A stretch of DNA of 38,587 nt from a virus (lineage: Duplodnaviria; Heunggongvirae; Uroviricota; Caudoviricetes), in the IMG/VR virus record IMGVR_UViG_3300029650_000167, one strand, 5' to 3'. Under the pieces are notes generated by a model. It was not told the origin of the DNA. It did no database searches and saw nothing but the letters and a program-made list of their open reading frames with translations. The translations under genes and the position numbers were made by a program. Shown here in pieces: positions 34,915 to 38,587 of the stretch. The stretch's first letter is position 1, and every line of letters begins with the position of its first letter.

Positions 34915-35792
34915 GCAATGATATCGCAATCACATCACAACCAGGCGCAACTGTAGGTACTGCTGCGGCAATCTTCAGCCCGGAGGGCATGAATCAAATG
35001 GTGCGTTTCGCGGAGTTGATGTCACAAAGCAAAGCGACTGTACCGAAACATCTTGAAGGCAAACCTGCCGATTGTCTGGCGGTGACCATGCAGGCGGCAC
35101 AGTGGGGAATGAACCCTTTCGCCGTGGCGCAGAAAACGCATGTGGTAAACGGAACGTTAGGCTACGAAGCACAGTTGGTAAACGCGGTCGTATCCTCTTC
35201 CAGCCTGCTAGCGACACGCCTGAATTATCGCTGGAGCGGTGACTGGTCGAATGTTAACGGCAAAACAGATAAATCACCGAATCTGACGGTAACTGTGTCA
35301 GCAGTTCTTAAAGGAGAAGCAGAACCCCGTGAGCTTACCATCAGTATGGCGCAAGCCGGAGTGCGTAACTCTCCATTGTGGGAACAGGATCCGCGCCAGC
35401 AACTTGCCTATCTTTGCACGAAACGATGGGCTCGCCTGCACGCTCCTGATGTACTTCTCGGTGTTTACACCCCTGACGAATTACAGGAAACGGCACCGCG
35501 CGTTGAGCGAGACATTACTCCGCAAACGACCACTGCTGCGGGAATGAACAGTCTGATCAACGCTAAACCAGCGAAAAAGCCTGATGAGCAAACGCGTAAA
35601 GCGGATAGCCGTGATCCAGAACAAATGCTGATGGCCTTTACCAGCGCAGCGATGAATTACAGCACTGTCTCCGAACTGGATAAGGCTTACAAATACATTG
35701 CACAAAAACTTTCAGATGATGACGAACTGCTGGCAAAAGCCACCGACGTTTACAGCGTTCGTCGGGAAGAATTAAACGAAACATCTATGTAA
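34911..35792 (+). CDS. recT: RecT-family single-strand annealing recombinase
   Basis: 293 aa with LAVTMQAAQWGMNPFAVAQKTHVVNGTLGYEAQL region typical of RecT; coupled to the upstream exonuclease. Confidence 0.8.
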   Translation: MSNDIAITSQPGATVGTAAAIFSPEGMNQMVRFAELMSQSKATVPKHLEGKPADCLAVTMQAAQWGMNPFAVAQKTHVVNGTLGYEAQLVNAVVSSSSLLATRLNYRWSGDWSNVNGKTDKSPNLTVTVSAVLKGEAEPRELTISMAQAGVRNSPLWEQDPRQQLAYLCTKRWARLHAPDVLLGVYTPDELQETAPRVERDITPQTTTAAGMNSLINAKPAKKPDEQTRKADSRDPEQMLMAFTSAAMNYSTVSELDKAYKYIAQKLSDDDELLAKATDVYSVRREELNETSM

Positions 35793-35841
35793 CCACCACC
35801 GCGGCGCCACGCGCGCCGCACTGCAACCAAGAGAGGTATTT

Positions 35842-36090
35842 ATGAAAGGTGCATTAGGTAAGAAGGAACTCCTGGCGGTGGTGCCACTGTCATGGAGCAC
35901 TATCGACCGCATGGAGCGCGCAGGGGAATTTCCTAAACGCTGGTATATCACCGATAAACGCTGCGCATGGAACCGTGACGAAGTTGAGCGTTGGCTTGAT
36001 GAACGTCAGGCTGCAAGCCCGGCAGAGTTCCAGGGTAAAAAACCTCCTGTTCAGCAACGTGTATATCGTCCCGTGAGCAACGCTGCATGA
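35842..36090 (+). CDS. AlpA-family HTH regulator / excisionase-like
   Basis: 82 aa; LSWSTIDRMERAGEFPKRWYITDKRCAWNRDEVERW matches the AlpA/Xis pattern. Confidence 0.55.
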   Translation: MKGALGKKELLAVVPLSWSTIDRMERAGEFPKRWYITDKRCAWNRDEVERWLDERQAASPAEFQGKKPPVQQRVYRPVSNAA

Positions 36091-36199
36091 GTGTGCTGCT
36101 AAGGCACTGGAGCAAATGGTCAGGATGGTACTTATTCCTGGCCTCTGTTTCAGCATGGCTTTATCTGCTGGCATTAATTTTCAGAGAGGGTTGGATTAA

Positions 36200-36499
36200 G
36201 TGAGAAAGTTAAGCCGACTTGAAAAATATCACATGAACAAGGTTTCAATGCGCAGTCCGTCAAAGATTGTCGCCGTTACTCCTGCGGCGATAGAGATCGA
36301 AAAACGCGCGATTGAAAGAGAGAAAAAAGGGCAGTTCCGCATTGCTGCCCACCTTTGGCTTCAGTGTATGGATGTTGCTTCTGGTGATGTTGAGCGTGCA
36401 AGGATCGCGGTTCGCAGGGACCAATGTATCACAAAAGGTAACGGCCTTCGCCGTGGCGACTATAGCGGCATAGGATGTTGCGGGGTGGTTTATGACTAA
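36200..36499 (+). CDS. hypothetical protein
   Basis: 99 aa with GTG start and SD GAGGG; overlaps the methyltransferase start. Confidence 0.35.
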   Translation: MRKLSRLEKYHMNKVSMRSPSKIVAVTPAAIEIEKRAIEREKKGQFRIAAHLWLQCMDVASGDVERARIAVRRDQCITKGNGLRRGDYSGIGCCGVVYD

Positions 36500-37142
36500 G
36501 AAATACACGCTAATCTATGCAGATCCACCCTGGGCATACCGGGACAAAGCCACAGATGGTAATCGCGGTGCCGGTTTTAAATATCCGGTTATGAGTGTGC
36601 TGGATATCTGCCGCCTTCCTGTGTGGGATTTGGCCGGTGAAAACTGTCTGTTGGCCATGTGGTGGGTGCCAACACAACCACTCGAAGCACTAAAAGTTGT
36701 TGAAGCCTGGGGATTCCGTCTGATGACCATGAAGGGCTTCACGTGGATAAAATGTGGTAGTCGACAACCAGATAAACTGGTTATGGGGATGGGACACATG
36801 ACTCGCGCCAACAGTGAAGATTGCCTGTTTGCGGTAAAGGGAAAACTACCTCCGCGCATTAATGCAGGTATCGTTCAGTCATTTACCGCACCGCGGCTTG
36901 AGCATTCAAGAAAACCAGATGTCGTTCGTGAAAAACTTGTGCAATTGTTAGGCGATGTTTCTCGCATTGAACTGTTCGCCCGCCAGTCGTCTCATGGCTT
37001 CGATGTTTGGGGTAATCAGTGCGAAGACCCGGCAGTGCAACTACACCCAGGATACGCGTTGGATATTGCCGGATTAACAAATGCATTCAGCAATGCTCCG
37101 CTGTCACCAACAGACAACCAGGGGCGGGAGCGTGCAGCATGA
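36492..37142 (+). CDS. DNA N6-adenine methyltransferase, MT-A70 family
   Basis: 216 aa with catalytic DPPW motif (LIYADPPWAY). Confidence 0.8.
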   Translation: MTKKYTLIYADPPWAYRDKATDGNRGAGFKYPVMSVLDICRLPVWDLAGENCLLAMWWVPTQPLEALKVVEAWGFRLMTMKGFTWIKCGSRQPDKLVMGMGHMTRANSEDCLFAVKGKLPPRINAGIVQSFTAPRLEHSRKPDVVREKLVQLLGDVSRIELFARQSSHGFDVWGNQCEDPAVQLHPGYALDIAGLTNAFSNAPLSPTDNQGRERAA

Positions 37143-37333
37143 ACAGGGCATCACCAGCAGATTTAAGGAAATGCCTTGAAACTGCAAACATGCTTGCACA
37201 CAGCGGGATCAGGTTTGTTCCAATTCCCGCTGTCACTGATGCTGAATTTGCAACACTGTCAGCAATATTCGCAGACAAAATTGAATCACTGGCAGCAGAA
37301 GCCGAGATGGAAGAAAATCAGCAGAATAATTAA
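37140..37333 (+). CDS. small hypothetical protein coupled to methyltransferase
   Basis: 64 aa from ATG 37140 overlapping the methyltransferase stop (ATGA). Confidence 0.35.
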
Positions 37334-37336
37334 ACG

Positions 37337-38587
37337 TTATTCCCCCGCCATCCACTTCTCAAACTTCGACGGGGAGAACGGAATCAGATCCGTATGCTCC
37401 CCGTTAATCCAGGAATCAATCATATCGGCCCACTGCTGCAACATGTAGGCGCGCTGTCTGGCGTATTCCGCTTTGTTATATACGGCGCGCACACCTTTCT
37501 GCTCATGTGCCAGAGCCTTTTCAATCCAGTCTGAAGGATAACCAGCCTCATGCAACAACGTACTGGCTGTACGGCGCATATCATGTACAGTGAAGTCCTG
37601 AATATGCTCACCATCTTCATTTATTATTTTCACCGTTCTGTCGATCAGAGAGTTCAGCGCGGCATTAGATAATGGCTTCCGGAAATTGTAACGACCAGGA
37701 ACCAGATATTCACTTCCACCAGCGCACATCTGCAACCCGACCAATATATCCTGTGCCTGTTTAGGCAGGTAAATAACGTGCGCCCGGCTTCCCTTCATGC
37801 GGTCTGAAGGAATTGTCCATGTCCATTTTTTAAAATCTATTTCATCCCACGTTGCATTGGTGAATTCGCCTTTACGAACCATAGTGATAAGCACCAGCTT
37901 TAAAGCCATTTTCATAGTGCCCATAGCACCAATGGCATCCAACGTGTGGAAGAACAGGCCAATTTCTTCTGGTGTCAGTGTTCGCTCTCGTGGTTTAAAT
38001 ATGGCGATAGACGAAGGTTTAATGTCAGCCGCAGGATTAAACAAACCATGACCACGGTCATTGGCGTGACGGTATACGCTGCTGATGATCTCCCTGGCCT
38101 GCACTGCTGTTGCCCGGCCACCGCGTTCGACAATCCGGTCACACAAATCACGAACCATCGATGTGGTAATTTCGGCCATCATTTTGTTGCCAAGAACCGG
38201 AAGTATGTCACGGTCGATCACCGCCTGCTTCATTGCGCGGGTACTTTCAGCCAGGATGACGTGTTTCATATAACTGTCGGTATGTACCGCAAACGTCTCG
38301 GCACCACGAATCTTTTTGATACCGTCACGTTTAGCCGCAGCCGGCGACTGGCCTGCTTTAAGCAGCTTCTTTGCAGCAATCAGTTCTTCCCGCGCTTCTG
38401 CCAGGCTGATACCGTCACGCCCATACTGCCCGATTACCAGTGTTTCGCGGCGACCGTTGATACGGTAGTCATAGCGAAACGAGACCGTGCCTGACGTAAG
38501 CACAGCTACATACAGCCCGTCACGATCGGAGACCTTATACAGTTTGTCCTGCGGCTTGAGGTTTTTTATTTTTGTATCGGTAAGCAC
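37337..38587 (-). CDS. int: tyrosine integrase (P4-type)
   Basis: 416 aa beginning MLTDTKIKNLKP; C-terminal catalytic region with HxxR and conserved Tyr context; start codon coincides with the window edge. Confidence 0.85.
   Translation of the reverse strand: MLTDTKIKNLKPQDKLYKVSDRDGLYVAVLTSGTVSFRYDYRINGRRETLVIGQYGRDGISLAEAREELIAAKKLLKAGQSPAAAKRDGIKKIRGAETFAVHTDSYMKHVILAESTRAMKQAVIDRDILPVLGNKMMAEITTSMVRDLCDRIVERGGRATAVQAREIISSVYRHANDRGHGLFNPAADIKPSSIAIFKPRERTLTPEEIGLFFHTLDAIGAMGTMKMALKLVLITMVRKGEFTNATWDEIDFKKWTWTIPSDRMKGSRAHVIYLPKQAQDILVGLQMCAGGSEYLVPGRYNFRKPLSNAALNSLIDRTVKIINEDGEHIQDFTVHDMRRTASTLLHEAGYPSDWIEKALAHEQKGVRAVYNKAEYARQRAYMLQQWADMIDSWINGEHTDLIPFSPSKFEKWMAGE

Overview
The window is almost entirely one temperate podovirus-type prophage, read here as epsilon15-like from gene order and protein sizes rather than from any database search. 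Minus strand, right to left: small and large terminase, portal, scaffold, major capsid, a T7-like series of tail and internal-core (ejection) proteins, an AT-rich tailspike, then holin-like proteins, a GH19 endolysin and Rz/Rz1 spanins at the left edge. The right third is a lambda-like control region: divergent Cro-like and tandem-HTH repressor genes, O-like initiator with internal iterons, P-like helicase loader, a nin-like accessory operon, and a plus-strand operon with exonuclease VIII-like, RecT-like, AlpA-like and MT-A70 methyltransferase genes ending against a P4-type integrase. Plus-strand insertions interrupt the late operon: a tRNA-Arg(UCU) with an orphan AT-rich gene, and a moron island between the ejection genes and the tailspike. 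The most notable signal is a 15-bp palindrome, TTACC-N5-GGTAA, found at 13 intergenic sites (10 perfect) in promoter regions of every module; I read it as a dispersed operator set for the prophage repressor. Also notable are a consensus LexA box in front of a small antirepressor-like gene whose domain is duplicated in the adjacent Bro-N protein, and a 12-bp perfect palindrome GTGACATGTCAC present three times at gene 3' ends. No CRISPR array, rRNA or transposase was seen; att sites are not visible and presumably lie outside the window.
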